Shown here: piece by piece, positions 63,119 through 64,000 of the stretch
Numbering within the stretch: the stretch's first letter is position 1
Layout of the letters: each line of letters starts with the position of its first letter
Translations under genes and position numbers: made by a program
Assembly (NCBI GenBank): GCA_034780895.1
Contig: JAUZTB010000135.1
Coordinates: forward strand, 81,503,613 to 81,567,612
Length of the DNA stretch: 64,000 bases
Direction: 5' to 3'
Source of the DNA: Rhynchobatus australiae
Taxonomy: Eukaryota
Notes under the pieces: generated by a model
Database searches by the model: none
What the model was told of the DNA's origin: nothing
What the model saw: only the letters and a program-made list of their open reading frames with translations

Positions 63119-64000
63119 NNNNNNNNNNNNNNNNNNNNNNNNNNNNNNNNNNNNNNNNNNTTGAGGGAAACTTTCAGTTCTACCAAATACTTGCAGTCCA
63201 ATGAGAAAGAAAGAAATGACATGTTTAACATTTTTTCTTGCCCTTTGAGTGTCTCAAAGCTTTTTCCAAGCAAAACATTTCTTTTAAATATAGTCAATAT
63301 TGTTATATAGGCAATCAAGGCAAGCAAATTAGCAAGTGTTAAGTGAGCAAGCAAGTCTGGGTCTTGCTTGCGACTGCATTCTTTCTCCCAACCTGCCAGA
63401 TACCTTTCGTCTAGCTCTTTAAACTTCTTTAAGGGGTGATGTGTACATGAGGTATGATGTAGTGAGATAAAGAAAGGGGGTAGACTTTCATCAATGCTCA
63501 GGGAAAGGGACATCCACATCCTGGCCTCCCATATTCTACCATGCAGAATGTCTAAAGCTCTTTATACAGAGGAATAGTCCTTAGACACAGAAATACATAC
63601 AAATGCCTTTCCTCCATGTTCCTTGCATTTTTCAAGAATGGAGAAGATGGTGACACGAGCTGGGTAGCAGCTTGCCAGTGGTGGGGGAAATGAATGAAAA
63701 AGGAAAGATCAAGGGTTGGAGAAAATTTGGGAGGATCATTGGTGGGGGAGAACAGGTGAGGCTGGGGTGGTAAGCAGATGTCAGGGGATGTAGGCTGGAG
63801 GGTGGTAAGGACATTTATGGGAAGGCTGGTAAAAATAAAACAAGTTCATTCACCAGACATTACCATTAAGAGGATACCCTTCAGTTAAAACCTACTCTAG
63901 TGTTTGAAGTCCATGTCACTGACAGATATTACAGGTGGTGGAACTCTGAGGAATTAACAAGTGTCGCAGATTGTTTGCACATTGACGTCATTCCACCTGT

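Noticed and set aside
43100-64000. A second host gene downstream of CRISPLD1
   Set aside because: No convincing exons found; recognisable ORFs are all transposon-derived.

Overview
Vertebrate genomic DNA, most likely a cartilaginous fish (shark or ray), judged from its HE1/V-SINE-like, SacSINE1/DeuSINE-like, CR1, Rex1 and Penelope-like repeats. The assembly has several N gaps. One complete protein-coding gene lies on the + strand: CRISPLD1 (signal peptide, propeptide, CAP domain, two LCCL domains). It has a CpG-island promoter at ~3.9-4.45 kb, a non-coding exon 1, and 14 coding exons from 4619 to 41030. All junctions are GT-AG and phase-compatible, giving 1617 nt (538 aa plus stop) and a 3'UTR of about 2 kb. 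The rest is decayed transposable elements. The most notable signal is a family of Penelope-like elements (PLEs; GIY-YIG endonuclease plus RT). Their terminal repeat carries a minimal type I hammerhead ribozyme motif (consensus CAGUC-CUGA(U/A)GA-A-GGGUC-NN-GACCC-GAAAC-GUU-GACUG). The family occurs as a 2.5-kb RT-deleted copy, an 860-bp inverted-repeat copy with a 14-bp target-site duplication, and several tiny fold-back derivatives. The CRISPLD1 propeptide also appears to carry a 27-aa internal duplication. All family assignments are motif recognition by eye and from memory; no searches were run.
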